Of a stretch of DNA of 64,000 nt, positions 40,301-54,530 are shown piece after piece. The notes under the pieces are model-generated. The model did not search any database. It was not told the origin of the DNA and saw only the letters and a list, made by a program, of their open reading frames with translations. Source of the stretch: Mytilus edulis (lineage: Eukaryota). The DNA lies in NCBI RefSeq assembly GCF_963676685.1, contig NC_092351.1:34968001-35032000 (forward strand). Direction: 5' to 3'. The position numbers and the translations under genes are program-made. Numbering within the stretch: position 1 is the stretch's first letter; the number at the start of each line of letters is the position of its first letter.

Positions 40301-42613
40301 CATCTCTTTTGTCGTAAAGTTTTGTTTTCAACCGACCCTCATTGTCAATTTCTAGATGTAAGTCAATATATAAAGCCGACTTAACTGTATCTGTAGTATC
40401 CTTTATCCCCAATTCGATGGGATAAATGCGTTCCACATAGTCACCAAATTTTGAATTGTTTAGTGAAAGAACGTCATCTATATAGCGGAATGTAGAGTTA
40501 AAGGATATTGCTAACTTCTTATCTTTCTTCCTAAGAAGTTCCTGCATGAAGTCAGCCTCATAATAATAAAGAAACAAGTCGGCAAGTAGAGGGGCACAGT
40601 TTGTTCCCATTGGGATGCCAACAGTCTGTTGAAAAACACGTTCACCGAACGTTACAAATATGTTGTCAATCAAGAAATCAAGCATCTTGATAATATCGGT
40701 TTCAGAGATTTTTTTGTTTGAATCAGAGTGATTCTTTACAAAGTATGATTTATCCCTCCCTAAGACAAGATACTTGTATCTACGTCACTTGGCCATTCTT
40801 TTTTATGAAGCAAAGTAATACCAACTCTTTCAGTTTGTCTTTTAGTTTGGAATGTGGAATACTTGTGTAAAGAGTAGAAAAGTCAAATGTTTTAATACTG
40901 TTACAAGATGAAAGAGAGTTAGATTGTATGTACTCTAAAAGATCTTTAGAATTTTTAAGTATCCACATCTGATTCACGCCACCTCTAGAATAGGCAGTTT
41001 CACAATAACTTTGAAGCCCGTCTTGGGTTGCTGATAAAATAGATGTTAATAATTTAGAAAGAGGTTTCGTGGAGCACTTGGAATACCCAGCAATATACCG
41101 TTGTTTGTAAGGACACTTATGTAGTTTAGGTATCCAATACAGTGATGGAAGATCCAGTTCTTCATCTTTGGTTGAAATACCAAAAGAACAAAGAACAGAC
41201 CTATGAATATCCAGGATTTCCTCTTTGGTAAGTGTCGTGAGGGTATATGTTGAGTTTCCAAGTGAATTTTCTATACCTTATTCGTTTATCAAGCAATTAA
41301 TGTAGTGACTTTTACAGACAAAAACGATGTTATTTGGGGCTTTGTCACTAACACTCTATGTAACTAATAATATATATTTTGGAATATGTTGTTTGTGCTG
41401 TATTTAGGCCCTTCTACAACGAAATTTGTTTTGCATGCACACGTATAAAATTGCGGTTTTTATCCAACGCAATCATAGGTTTGAACGTAGTTTTCAATTT
41501 AGACTTGTATATATATCAGACGTACTTATAAATATAATTATTTTCTGTGACTGTATCTTGCATTAATTTGTAGGATCCTTTACTATCGATAATTGAGCTG
41601 ATCTGTAACAATAACATCTCCATGCCTTATATATCATGTGCTGTATTACGACGCTAGATTAAAACTGACGAGGAAAGGTAACACACGGCCACCGAAAGCT
41701 TTAGTTTTGTGAAGCCCAGGTGGTCATGTGGTCTAGTGCACCGGATACAGTGCAGGCGATTTGGTGTCACGATATCTCAGTAGCATGGGTTCGAATCCCG
41801 GCGAAGGAAATACAAAAAATTTGCGAAAGCAAATTTACAGATGTAACATTGTTGGGTTGTTGTCAGAACAAAACGAAGGTCAAGAGAAAATTAACAATAG
41901 GACAGACAAAATACCGATATTAGGGTATCCGCTGTTACTGTAAGCTAGAAAAAGCTAATAAAACAATTAAATAAATCATTTGTACAATATCAAAAGTTAT
42001 CTATACATTTCATAATGATTGTTACAGTAATTTCTTTTGTTGAACTGTTAAACCAACGTTCACACACATTTAATACTGCCGTATTGATTATTTTAAAGAT
42101 TCTTTTATAACGTGCTAAACAATTTGTAATTTGGTTTTTGATAAATTTCTACTTTCATTGACATGTAGGTTTTTTCAAGTTATAAAGTGATGGGTAGTTT
42201 CTTATTAAAGTAAACAAACCATATCCTAACTAAGTATTGCTTAGATGGATACATTAAGAAACTTAAAATTTACGAAAAAAAGAAGACAAAAAATATTCAA
42301 CTTAAGCTACACCATGTACAACCCCAGTCGCGAAAAAAAACACAACAAAAATATAAATGTATATAACATTTAATTTATGACTATTCCTTGAATATAAGCT
42401 AGTGCTCACTAGCTTCAAACATTTTCAGACTATTAGTAGTTATTGTGTTAGAAATATAATTTTTGAAATAATTGCTTCGGTTATAAAATTAATTTGTGAA
42501 CTGGCACTTAAACATGTTAAATGAAACTTGAGGAGTGAAATAAATATTTACAGAAAAATCAACTTACCACCAGCGTTAGGAGCCAATAAACAGAAAAGTA
42601 GTATTCTACACAT
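34345..42613 (-). CDS. Left copy of secreted FAMeT-like (Methyltransf_FA) + PAN-domain gene; exons 42613-42568, 38833-38327, 36375-36213 intact; exon 4 survives only as 34415-34345
   Basis: MCRILLFCLLAPNAG signal exon; FELKRC..AHVLLS...YEIDIG...PFWISW.DG.IKLG.G...GSWRI domain; CAVSC..SRTCMGIHFN PAN motif; GT-AG phases 1/1/2 are consistent. Confidence 0.7.
38896..39081 (+). mobile_element. tRNA-derived SINE with (TA)n tail
   Basis: Homologous to 15361-15533. Confidence 0.75.
39714..41343 (-). mobile_element. 5'-truncated Penelope-like retroelement (RT), disrupted; flanked by gtcactaa duplication
   Basis: LYWIPKLHK, FDFSTLYTSIPH, GIPMGTNCAPLLADL, FRYIDDV, YISQLIRYSRAC; frameshift near 40785. 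Confidence 0.9.
41714..41858 (+). mobile_element. tRNA-derived SINE, 3'-truncated
   Basis: A-box TGGTCATGTGG, perfect B-box GGTTCGAATCC. Confidence 0.8.
41864..42030 (+). repeat. ~165-bp direct repeat, partner at 44110-44275 (mirrored at 51595-51760 / 53845-54012)
   Basis: cagaacaaaacgaag...aaaataccgat.ttagggtatccgctgt.actgtaagctagaaaaagct. Confidence 0.85.
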
Positions 42614-44275
42614 CTGATCTGTGAAAATTATTTTCACCGTATTCATAAGTCCCAGTAAAATTATCTATCATTGATTATTTATTAACAATATTTGATTTTT
42701 AACATGTTTATAGGCTAGAGGGTGATCTTACATTGACACACCAAGTCCGAATGCAATAACTATTTTACATCCCAGATATTTTAAATAAGACAAAAATCCA
42801 TTTACAATTAATAAAATCTAGTTTAGAACGTCACACAACTATTATAATATACTTTATATATTACTATATAATATATACCCTTTATGACCCTCGATCCTAA
42901 ATATTTAGAATATAGCAAAGTACTCTTGACCAATTAAATTGTAGAATTTAATGGCTCTTAATTGTGAAGAATGAAGGTAAATCATTGTTATTTCTTAGTT
43001 AGAGATAATCCTAATATTTTGATTTATTTACAGTTCAAAACAAAGAGTTTCTATGATTGAGTTGCAACTGCACTGAATCAAATTAATCAGATTGAAAGGA
43101 TTTATCACAGTTATTGAACCTGACTAAAAGCAGTATTGAGAAAGCAACAAAGAAATCTAAAGTAATAAGTTTAAGTGTACTGGTGCAGTAAAATTTTCAC
43201 CTCGAGTGTAAATATGAATAACTAAGAATTAATAAAACTATAAACATCAAAGCAATGCAAAAAAAAAAAAAAAATAACAACAAAAAGTTTTAAAATGAAA
43301 ATCAAATTAATCTTTAGCTTTCCAAAACTCTGATTACCAATATTTCGATAAAATAAAAGCAACAGGAATTTAAAATAGTTATTCAAATTTTTTAAACGCA
43401 TTTTATTAGAACATTTCCCTCACTTAATGAAATAGTATTTGATTTAAAAAGCCGGACTGTGAAATAAAATTAGTTGTATTTACAAATATTATTTTTTAAA
43501 AAGGGCCAATAGCTGTCAAATTTATGATCACCGATTTTAATCAAATTCTTATGTTTGATTTATAACAATGTAAAACACTTATCCAAAATCTTAAAAGTCT
43601 AAAATAAACGATTAACCGGGCACGGGCATAAATATACGTAGCTTCGTTTCGTGTGTATTTTAGTCTAGACGCCAACTTATTAATCATCGAGTTGACCTTT
43701 AAAGTCATCCGATGACCATCCGATGACCATATAAGTGATGTAAACATTAATATAGATATGCATAGATTAAGAAAACTCGTGCGGTTGGATTATTCTAGGT
43801 CTTTTTAATTTCATATTATAAATGAAAAATAAATGTTTATCATCGTTTTTACCTTATAAGAACGATTTTTTTGTGGATCGAATCAGTCAATGAAATGATT
43901 TAACTTTGTTTTACTTTCAATGTTGACATTCTTTACCTTTAAATAATTTTATATCCAATTCATGTGTTATCCATCTCACTCACCCCGTATGGAATTAATG
44001 GACCCCATGTATATCGTATCAGGTCACTAACACACCATGTAACTATTAATATTATACAAAACAGTATTTGAACAAACTTTCAAACTCAGTTGGAATGATT
44101 TTTACTTATCAGAACAAAACGAAGCTGAAGAAAAAATTAACCAAAGGACAAATAAAATACCGATCTTAGGGTATCCGCTGTCACTGTAAGCTAGAAAAAG
44201 CTGATAAACCAATAACATAAATCATTTGTACAATATCAAAATGTATCGTGACATTTCATAAGGATTATTATAGTT

Positions 44276-44276
44276 G

Positions 44277-44309
<33 letters not shown>

Positions 44310-47300
44310 TCAAAGTTTTATTGCACTTTTGCTAAAAGAGTAAAATAGCGAATTTCATGTGATGCATATCACCTCACCGGACACATGTGCAGTCATGAAT
44401 TAACGAGGTCCCAGCTTGAACATGCTTCACAATTATAGAAATTCGAAATATTCAAATGTTTTAAGTATGATTCTCTTATTTTTTTTTCTTTTAATTTTAT
44501 TTATGTTAATTTTGTCCCTGATTTCATTTTGGAATATTTAATGTTTTATTTCATGTGTTATTGTCATACATGATGCAGTGTATGTTAGGTTTGGTAAAAT
44601 TAAGGACTTTTACTACAGTAATTTTTCCTATTAATGTTAAGTTTCGTTTATTCCTTCCTTGAATCAATTTTTCACATTTATTCATTTTTTTCTCTGTGTT
44701 TAATTTTTGACATTCTTGATAATTGTAACCAATATATATTCCTAGACTTTTAATGTGGTCTTGTTTCCAGTTTATATTTTCAAATTTATCATTTGACTTT
44801 TTAAGTTTGCCAAGCCACAAGCCTTCTGTTTTGTTTCTATTAAGTTTGAGTTCAGAAAGGCTTCAATGATATTAAGGGCAATACCTATATCTTTGCGTGT
44901 TTTTAAAAACAATTGAGTATCATCTGCCAATTGACATATTTTTAGTGAGCAAGATTTTCCATCAAATTTGATTTCAAATCCTTTTAATTCCTTTTCTTCT
45001 CTAAATTTAATTGCCATTATTTCAACACACAAGACAAAAATTAACGAAGATAACGACACCCTAGTCTTATCCCACGAAATGTATTGAAGGGGACAGACGC
45101 CCATCCATTATTTAAAATACATCCTTTTATATCTGTATACATAGTTTCAACCCATTTTATGAATTCTTTTTTAAAACTAATGTTTTTAAAGATTCAAACA
45201 TAAAACACCACTCAAGTGAGTCGAAAGCTTTTATTAGTAAAGTCTGAAAATAAATTGCACTATCTACATTAAATTTTCAGAATAATCGATAATGTCGTGG
45301 ATTTGTCTAATATTAAATCCTATGTATCTATTTTTTATGTCACCTTTTTTTATCAGAGTGAATGGTTTTTGGTAGTACTGATTTTAGTCGCTGTGCTAAG
45401 ACATAAGCTAGTAATTTAATATCATAGTTTAATAATGTAATAGGTCTATAGTTATCAAGGGAGAGGGGATATGTTTTTTAATCAAAAGAGATATGGCTCC
45501 AATTTTTTGGGGGTTTGTTAATTCTCCTTTTTTATAGCAATAGTTGAAAACTGGTACCATGAAATCTTTAATCTGTTCCCAAAATTTTCTATAAAACTCA
45601 ACGTTCAGTCAGTCCAGCCCTGGGGCCTTGTTTAATTTCATCTTAAATATAGCCTCTGTGCATTCAAATATTATAATTTTCCCCTCACATGTATTACGTT
45701 CAGATTCATTTATTATTTTACTTTCTTTGATAGTTTCAAAGTATTGTTTTACCTTTTCTGTATCGGGTTTTGTTGAAGTATATAATATAGTATAATAATT
45801 GACTTCCAGATTTAGTATTTTGTTTTGGTCATATGTAACTTGATTATTTTCATCATTCAGTTGAGTTATAGTTTTTTTTACTTTGCCGTGGGTTTTTTTA
45901 CCAAGAAAAAAAGATGTGTTTCTTTTAGCCATTTTACGCGTGATATTATTTGATTTCCTTTAATTTTTCCATTATATAAACTTGGTAATTATTTTCAATG
46001 TTTGTTTTTAGGTTAACTTTCTTCTCATTTATATAATTTTCACAATCAATTTCTTCATATAGAGTTTTTAATGTATTTTCTAAGATTTCAATAGTATCAT
46101 TTTTTATTTTTGCCTTTAATTTACAGTATTGGATGGTACAATCCTTACCTCAACTTTAAAATTATCACATAACATATCTAGGTTAAGAGATGTTTCTGAT
46201 TTTGTTTTATATGTATTAATTAATTTTGATTTTTTTTAGATACTGTTCATCATTCAGGATGCTGCTTTTTAATTTCCAGTAACCTCGCCCTTTTGAGTTT
46301 CTATTTATGCTGATTTTTAATGAAACAGCGTAATGATCAGTGTTTGTAGAACTGTTGGTCTTGTGTCGCATGTAATGCAATTTTTATTAACTTCATCACT
46401 TACTAAAAAGTAATTCTTATAGATTCTGATAAGTTTTTCCTTCTCCAGGTAAATGGGGTTTTATTTATGTTTTTGCTTCTCCAGACATCAGTTAGTTTAA
46501 GATTCTTGATTAACATTTTAAGGTTATTAACTGGTTTACCAAATTTTTATTTCCTACTTTTTTCTTTGTATCTCTCTTATTAACTGGCCAATACTGTGAT
46601 TTTTAATTAATTGTTTTACTGATTTAATAAAAGTGTTTCTTATTTTACAATTATTAGGTGCATATAGGTTCACTAATGTATATATATTGTCATCTATTTC
46701 TATATTAACTAATATAAATCTCCCTTCTGAATCCTTATATTGGTCAATAATCTTGAAGTTTAATCTGCTTTTTATTCATATGGCAACCCTGCTTGCATTA
46801 CTTAACTTGTTACTAAAGATTACTTCATCTTTGAATTCTTGTTTTAGCTTTGGTTCTAAGGTTTGAGTAAAATGAGTTTCTTGTAGGAATACTATATCAC
46901 ATTTTTGTTGATTAGCCCATTTAGTAATTCTGTTTCTTTTTGGAACCCGTTGGTATTTACAGTGCAGACATGGATACAGTTTTTGTTTGTCATTTTGTAT
47001 CAATATTAGGAAGGTAAGTTAGATAATTGACGAGTTCTGTTGTGTTTGAAAGAATATTAAACCTGTTAATCCGCATGAATTTAAATTTTAAGATTTTATC
47101 TTTATCCCTGCTTTGTGGATTGTTTTTTATATGATATCTTTATCAATATTAAATTCTTTCTATATATGCCTCTATGTACAATTACAACTACATGTACATG
47201 TATAATAATCATGATTATAAATGTGTAAACATAACACAACATTTCAATTATTGACCTCAATATATAGGTCATGATTTGAGTCAACAATGTGACTTCAGAT

Positions 47301-47474
47301 ACAGACTCTTCTGTGTCCAAAAAATTTATTTTGGACTCATTAAGTTTGTAAACATACATAAAAATACAATCAATAGCAAAATATATACAGAGATAGTTGA
47401 TAGAAAAAAAAACATAACTTTAAACTAAACACAAAATAAACAAATATTGTTTTTAATGTTTTAACATGTAACAT
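44276..47474 (-). mobile_element. Decayed L1/Tx1-clade LINE (APE + RT remnants) with poly(A) tail; ~560-bp 3' deletion relative to the right copy
   Basis: DIVFLQETH, KAPGLD, QLADDT, RNLTLIGKITVVK; T-run 44276-44302. Confidence 0.9.
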
Positions 47475-47824
47475 TTTTTTCTTTCACTTGTTGTATAACT
47501 ACACAAGTACATTTACGTCACATTTTTATATCAAAAAGCTCTTCAGAAATGTTCATGCGTAATCGTAATAAATCCTTCAATATGTTTTATTCAAGTTGAT
47601 ATTAGATTATCATCTGCGATTCCATGCACCAAACTTCAAAAGGATGAAGCACATCCACAAAATCAAAACAAAGTTCAATTACTATAATTCACACTAAAAC
47701 TTTAATAAGTCATACAGTACAAGTTTTTATAACACATAAACTAGTTTTTAAGTTAGCCTATCAAGTAGCCAATAATACTATGCAACATAAATATTTTGTA
47801 AATAGTAGTCCAGTATGTATTTTT
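47475..47824. other. Unique 350-bp spacer at the palindrome axis
   Basis: Complementarity stops at ...ttaacatgtaacat (47474) and resumes at atgttacatgttaa (47825). Confidence 0.9.
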
Positions 47825-50800
47825 ATGTTACATGTTAAAACATTAAAAACAATATTTGTTTATTTTGTGTTTAGTTTAAAGTTATGTTTTTTTTTCTATC
47901 AACTATCTCTGTATATATTTTGCTATTGATTGTATTTTTATGTATGTTTACAAACTTAATGAGTCCAAAATAAATTTTTTGGACACAGAAGAGTCTGTAT
48001 CTGAAGTCACATTGTTGACTCAAATCATGACCTATATATTGAGGTCAATAATTGAAATGTTGTGTTATGTTTACACATTTATAATCATGATTATTATACA
48101 TGTACATGTAGTTGTAATTGTACATAGATGCAAATATAGAAAGAATTTAATATTGATAAAGATATCATATAAAAAATAATCCACAAAGCAGGGATAAAGA
48201 TAAAATCTTAAAATTTAAATTCATGCGGATTAACAGGTTTAATATTCTTTCAAACACAACAGAACTCGTCAATTATCTAACTTACCTTCCTAATATTGAT
48301 ACAAAATGACAAACAAAAACTGTATCCATGTCTGCACTGTAAATACCAACGGGTTCCAAAAAGAAACAGAATTACTAAATGGGCTAATCAACAAAAATGT
48401 GATATAGTATTCCTACAAGAAACTCATTTTACTCAAACCTTAGAACCAAAGCTAAAACAAGAATTCAAAGATGAAGTAATCTTTAGTAACAAGTTAAGTA
48501 ATACAAGCGGGGTTGCCATATGAATAAAAAGCAGATTAAACTTCAAGATTATTGACCAATATAAGGATTCAGAACGGAGATTTATATTAGTTAATATAGA
48601 AATAGATGACAATATATATACATTAGTGAACCTATATGCACCTAATAATTGTAAAATAAGAAACACTTTTATTAAATCAGTAAAACAATTAATTAAAAAT
48701 CACAGTATTGGCCAGTTAATAAGAGAGATACAAAGAAAAAAGTAGGAAATAAAAATTTGGTAAACCAGTTAATAACCTTAAAATGTTAATCAAGAATCTT
48801 AAACTAACTGATGTCTGGAGAAGCAAAAACATAAATAAAACCCCATTTACCTGGAGAAGGAAAAACTTATCAGAATCTATAAGAATTACTTTTTAGTAAG
48901 TGATGAAGTTAATAAAAATTGCATTACATGCGACACAAGACCAACAGTTCTACAAACACTGATCATTACGCTGTTTTATTAAAAATCAGCATAAATAGAA
49001 ATTAAAAAGGGCGAGGTTACTGGAAATTAAAAAGCAGCATCCTGAATGATGAACAGTATCTAAAAAAAATCAAAATTAATTAATACATATAAAACAAAAT
49101 CAGAAACATCTCTTAACCTAAATATTTTATGGGATAATTTTAAAGTTGAGTTAAGGATTATACCATCCAATACTGTAAATTAAAGGCAAATATAAAAAAG
49201 ATACTATTGAAATCTTAGAAAATACATTAAAAACTCTATATGAAGAAATTGATTGTGATGATTATATAAATGAGAAGAAAGTTAACCGAAAAGCAAACAT
49301 TGAAAATAATTACCAAGTTTATATAATGGAAAAATTAAAGGAAATCAAATAATATCACGCGTAAAATGGCTAAAAGAAACAAATCTTTTTTTCTTGGTAT
49401 AAAAAAACACGGCAAAGTAAAAAAAACTATAACTCAACTGAATGATGAAAATAATCAAGTTACATATGACCAAAACAAAATACTAAATCTGGAAGTCAAT
49501 TATTATACTATATTATATACTTCAACAAAACCCGATACAGAAAAGGTGAAACAATACTTCGAAACTACAAAAGAAAGTAAATAATAAATGAATCTGAAAG
49601 TGAAAAAACATGTGAGGGGAAAATTACAATATTTGAATGCACAGAGGCTATATTTAAGATGAAATTAAACAAGGCCCCAGGGCTGGACTGACTGAACGTT
49701 GAGTTTTATAGAAAATTTTGGGAACAGATTAAAGATTTCATGGTACCAGTTTTCAACTATTGCTATAAAAAAAAGGAGAATTAACAAACCCCCAAAATAT
49801 TGGAGCCATATCTCTTTTGATTAAAAAACATATCCCCTCTCCCTTGATAACTATAGACCTATTACATTATTAAACTATGATGTTAAATTACTAGCTTATG
49901 TCTTAGCACAACGACTAAAATCAGTACTACCAAAAACCATTCACTCTGATAAAAAAAGGTGACATAAAAAATAGATACATAGTATTTAATATTAGACAAA
50001 TCCACGACATTATGGATTATTCTGAAAATTTAATGTAGATAGTGCAATTTATTTTCAGACTTTACTAAAGCTTTCGACTCACTTGAGTGGTGTTTTATGT
50101 TTGAATCTTTAAAAACATTGGTTTTAAAAAAGAATTCATAAAATGGGTTGAAACTACATTTATGCATACAGACATAAAAGGATGTATTTTAAATAATGGA
50201 TGGGTGTCTGTCCCCTTCAATACATTTCGTGGGATTAGACTAGGGTGTCGTTATCTTCGTTAAATTTCGTCTTGTGTGTTGAAAAAATGGCAATTAAATT
50301 TAGAGAAAATAAAGAATTAAAAGGATTTGAAATCAAATTTGATGGAAAATCTTGCTCACTAAAAATGCGTCAATTGGCAGATGATACTCAATTGTTTTTA
50401 AAAACACGCAAAGATATAGGTATTGCCCTTAATATCATTGAAATTTTTGGAAGCCTTTCTGAACTCAAACTAAATAGAAACAAAACAGAAGGCTTGTGGC
50501 TTGGCAAACTTAAAAAGTCAAATGATAAATTTGAAAATATAAACTGGAAACAAGACCACATTAAAAGTCTAGGAATATATTTTGGTTACAATTATCAAGA
50601 ATGTCAAAAATTAAACACAGAGAAAAAAATGAATAAATGTGAAAAATTGATTCAAGGATGGAATAAACGAAACTTAACATTAATAGGAAAAATTACTGTA
50701 GTAAAAGTCCTTAATTTTACCAAACCTAACATACACTGCATCATGTATGATAATACCACATGAAATAAAACATTAAATATTCCAAAATGAAATGAGGGAC

Positions 50801-51589
50801 ATAATTAACATAAATAAAATTAGAAGAAAAAAAACAATAAGAGAATCATACTTAAAACATTTGAATATTTCGAATTTCTATAATTGTGAAGCATGTTCAA
50901 GCTGGGACCTCGTTAATTCATGACTGCACATGTGTCCGGTGAGGTGATATGCATCACATGAAATTCGCTATTTTACTCTTTTGTCATGTTTATATATAAT
51001 TTATCATATATAATATAGCTACACTGAATTAGTATTGTTACTAGTTTACACAATACAATGCTTGGATACTTCATTCATGTATCGTTAATTAGACCACGTG
51101 TATTTTCGATCATTTTTTTTATCTTCGGTTTGATCGCAAAAAAATACCATTTGCTTAAAAAAAAATTATGTTGTTCATATAATGTGTGACAAAAACAACT
51201 GTCTTACCTATTCATTTAAGACTCCTTTTCACAATTCAACGGAGTAAACTAACATAAAATTTCGAAATTCTACTGTCGCCTGAAAAGTCATGCTATCAGT
51301 ATCAAAGATCATCATCAATTGCACGGTTTAGTGAAGCTTTAATAAATAAATCAAATACAGTTTAGGTTAAGAAACGTACCGTATTCCGGTATGCAATTGT
51401 ACTCTGTAGAACTGCTCTAATATATGTAATAAATATAACTAACTTTATAGATATACTTATTGAATACTTTTCCCTAAATATTCAAAAACTTATTTAAGGG
51501 ATACTAAATTGAAGCTGTAGATTGAGTAAATTGTTAACAGCAAAAGTGCAATAAAACTTTGAATAATTTAAAAAAAAAAAAAAAAAAAA
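47825..51589 (+). mobile_element. Decayed L1/Tx1-clade LINE (APE + RT remnants) with AATAAA and poly(A) tail
   Basis: QETH, NLYAPNN, TDHYAV, GRGYWKL, NYRPITLLNYD, DFTKAFDSLEW, QLADDT, LKLNRNKT, LGIYFG; many stops/frameshifts; A-run 51570-51589. Confidence 0.9.
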
Positions 51590-54016
51590 GAAACAACTAT
51601 AATAATCTTATGAAATGTCACGATACATTTTGATATTGTACAAATGATTTATTTAATTGGTTTATCAGCTTTTTCTAGCTTACAGTGACATTGGATACCC
51701 TAAGATCGGTATTTTGTTTGTCCTTTGGTTAATTTTTTCTTCAGCTTCGTTTTGTTCTGATAAGTAAAAATCATTCCAACTGAGTTTGAAAGTTTGTTCA
51801 AATACTGTTTTGTATAATATTAATAGTTACATGGTGTGTTAGTGACCTGATACGATATAAATGGGGTCCATTAATTCCATATGGGGTGAGTGAGATGGAT
51901 AACGCATGAATTGGATATAAAATTATTTAAAGGTAAGGAATGTCAACATTGAAAGTAAAACAAAGGTAAATCATTTAATTGACTGATTCGATCCACAAAA
52001 AAATCGTTCTTATAAGGTAAAAACGATGATAAACATTTATTTTTCATTTATAATATGAAATTAAAAAGACCTAGAATAATCTAACCGCACGAGTTTTCTT
52101 AATCTATGCATATCTATATTAATGTTTACATCACTTATATGGTCATCGGATGGTCATCGGATGACTTTAAAGGTCAACTCGATGATTAATAAGTTGGCGT
52201 CTAGACTAAAATACACACGAAACGAAGCTACGTATATTTATGCCCGTGCCCGGTTAATTGTTTATTTTAGACTTTTAAGATTTTGGATATGTGTTTTACA
52301 TTGTTATAAATCAAACATAAGAATTTGATTAAAATCGGTGATCATAAATTTGACAGCTAAACAAAATGTATTGGCCCTTTTAAAAAAATAATATTTGTAA
52401 TTACAACTCATTTTATTTCACAGTCCGGCTTTTTAAATCAAATATTATTTCATAAAGTGAGGGAAATGTTCTAATAAAATGCGTTTAAAAAATTTGAATA
52501 ACTATTTACAATTCCTGTTGCTTTTATTTTATCGAAATATTGGTAATCAGAGTTTTGGAAAGCTAAAGATTATTTTGATTTTCATTTTAAAACTTTTTTG
52601 TTGTTATTTTTTTAATTTTGCATTGCTTTGATGTTTATAGTTTTATTAATTCGAAGTTATTCATATTTACACTCGAGGTGAACATTTTACTGCACCAGTA
52701 CACTTAAACTTATTACTTTAGATTTCTTTGTTTCTTTCTCAATACTGCTTTTAGTCAGGTTCAATAACTGTGATAAATCCTTTCAATCTGATTTATGTGA
52801 TGCAGTGCAGTTGCAACTCAATTATAGAAACTCTTTGTTTTGAACTGTAAATAGATCAAAATATTAGGATTATCTCTAACTAAGAAATAACAATGATTTA
52901 CCTTCATTCTTCACAATTAAGAGCCATTAAATTCTACAATTTAATTGGACAAGAGTATTTTGCTATATTCTAAATATTTATGATCGAGGGTCATAAAGGG
53001 TATATATTATATAGTAATATATAAAGTATATCATAATAGTTGTGTGACGTTCTAAACTAGATTTTATTAATTGTAAATGGATTTTTGTCTTATCTAAAAC
53101 ATCTGGGATGTAAAATAGTTATTACATTCGGACTTGGTGTGTCAATGTAAGATCACCCTCTAGCCTATAAACATGTTAAAAATCAAATATTGTTAATAAA
53201 TAATCAATGATAGATAATTTTACTGGGACTTATGAATACGGTGAAAATGATTTTCACAGATCAGATGTGTAGAATACTACTTTTCTGTTTATTGGCTCTA
53301 AACGCTGGTGGTAAGTTGATTTTTCTGTAAATATTTATTTCACTCCTCAAGTTTCATTTAACATGTTTAAGTGCCAGTTCACAAATTAATTTTATAACCG
53401 AAGCAATTATTTCAAAAATTATATCTCTAACACAATAACTACTAATAGTCTGAAAATGTTTGAAGCTAGTGAGCACTAGCTTATATTCAAGGAATAGTCA
53501 TAAATTAAATGTTATTTACATTTATATTTTTGTTGTGTTTTTTTCGCGACTGAAGGTGTACATGGTGTAGCTTAAGTTGAATATTTTTGGTCTTCTTTTT
53601 TTCGTAAATTTTAAGTTTCTTAATGTATCCATCTAAGCAATACTTAGTTAGGATATGGTTTGTTTACTTTAATAAGAAACTACCCATCAGTTTATAATTT
53701 GAAAAAAACCTACATGTCAAAGTAGAAATTTATCAAAAACCAAATTACAAATTGTTTAGCACGTTATAAAAGAATCTTTAAAATAATCAATACGGCAGGA
53801 TTAAATATGTGTGAGCGTTGGTTTAACAGTTCAACAAAAGAAATTACTGTAACAATCCTTATGAAATGTATAGATAACTTTTGATATTGTACAAATGATT
53901 TATTTAATTGTTTTATTAGCTTTTTCTAGTTTACAGTAACAGCGGATACCCTAATATCGGTATTTTGTCTGTCCTATTGTTAATTTTCTCTTGACCTTCG
54001 TTTTGTTCTGACAACA

Positions 54017-54160
54017 ACCCAACAATGTTAGATCTGTAAATTTGCTTTCGCAAATTTTTTGTATTTCCTTCGCCGGGATTCGAACCCATGCTACTGAGAT
54101 ATCGTGACACCAAATCGCCTGCACTGTATCCGGTGCGCTAGACCACACGACCACCTGGGC
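54017..54160 (-). mobile_element. tRNA-derived SINE (mirror of 41714-41858)
   Basis: A- and B-box on the minus strand. Confidence 0.8.
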
Positions 54161-54530
54161 TTCACAAAACTAAAGCTTTCGGTGGCCGTGTGTTACCTTT
54201 CCTCTTCAGTTTTAATCTAGCGTCGTAATACAGCACATGATATATAAGGCATGGAGATGTTATTGTTACAGATCAGCTCAATTATCTATAGTAAAGGATC
54301 CTACAAATTAATGCAAGATACAGTCACAGAAAATAATTATATTTATAAGTACGTCTGATATATACACAAGTCTAAATTGAAAACTACGTTCAAACCTATG
54401 ATTGCGTTGGATAAAAACCGCAATTTTATACGTGTGCATGTAAAACAAATTTCGTTGTAGAAGGGCCTAAATACAGCTCAAACAACATATTTCAAAATAT
54501 ATATTATTAATTACATAGAGTGTTAGTGAC

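Larger units (their letters stand above)
34271..47474 (-). repeat. Left arm of giant inverted duplication (34416-34857 non-homologous)
   Basis: Reverse complement of 47825-63024; mirrored ORF pairs in the track (e.g. 35180/61782, 38211/58402, 43541/52122, 46776/48296). Confidence 0.95.

Noticed and set aside
41714-41805. Possible tRNA gene (A/B boxes, long variable arm)
   Set aside because: No proper cloverleaf or acceptor stem; five diverged copies share a 3' body and several have TA tails, so these are SINEs
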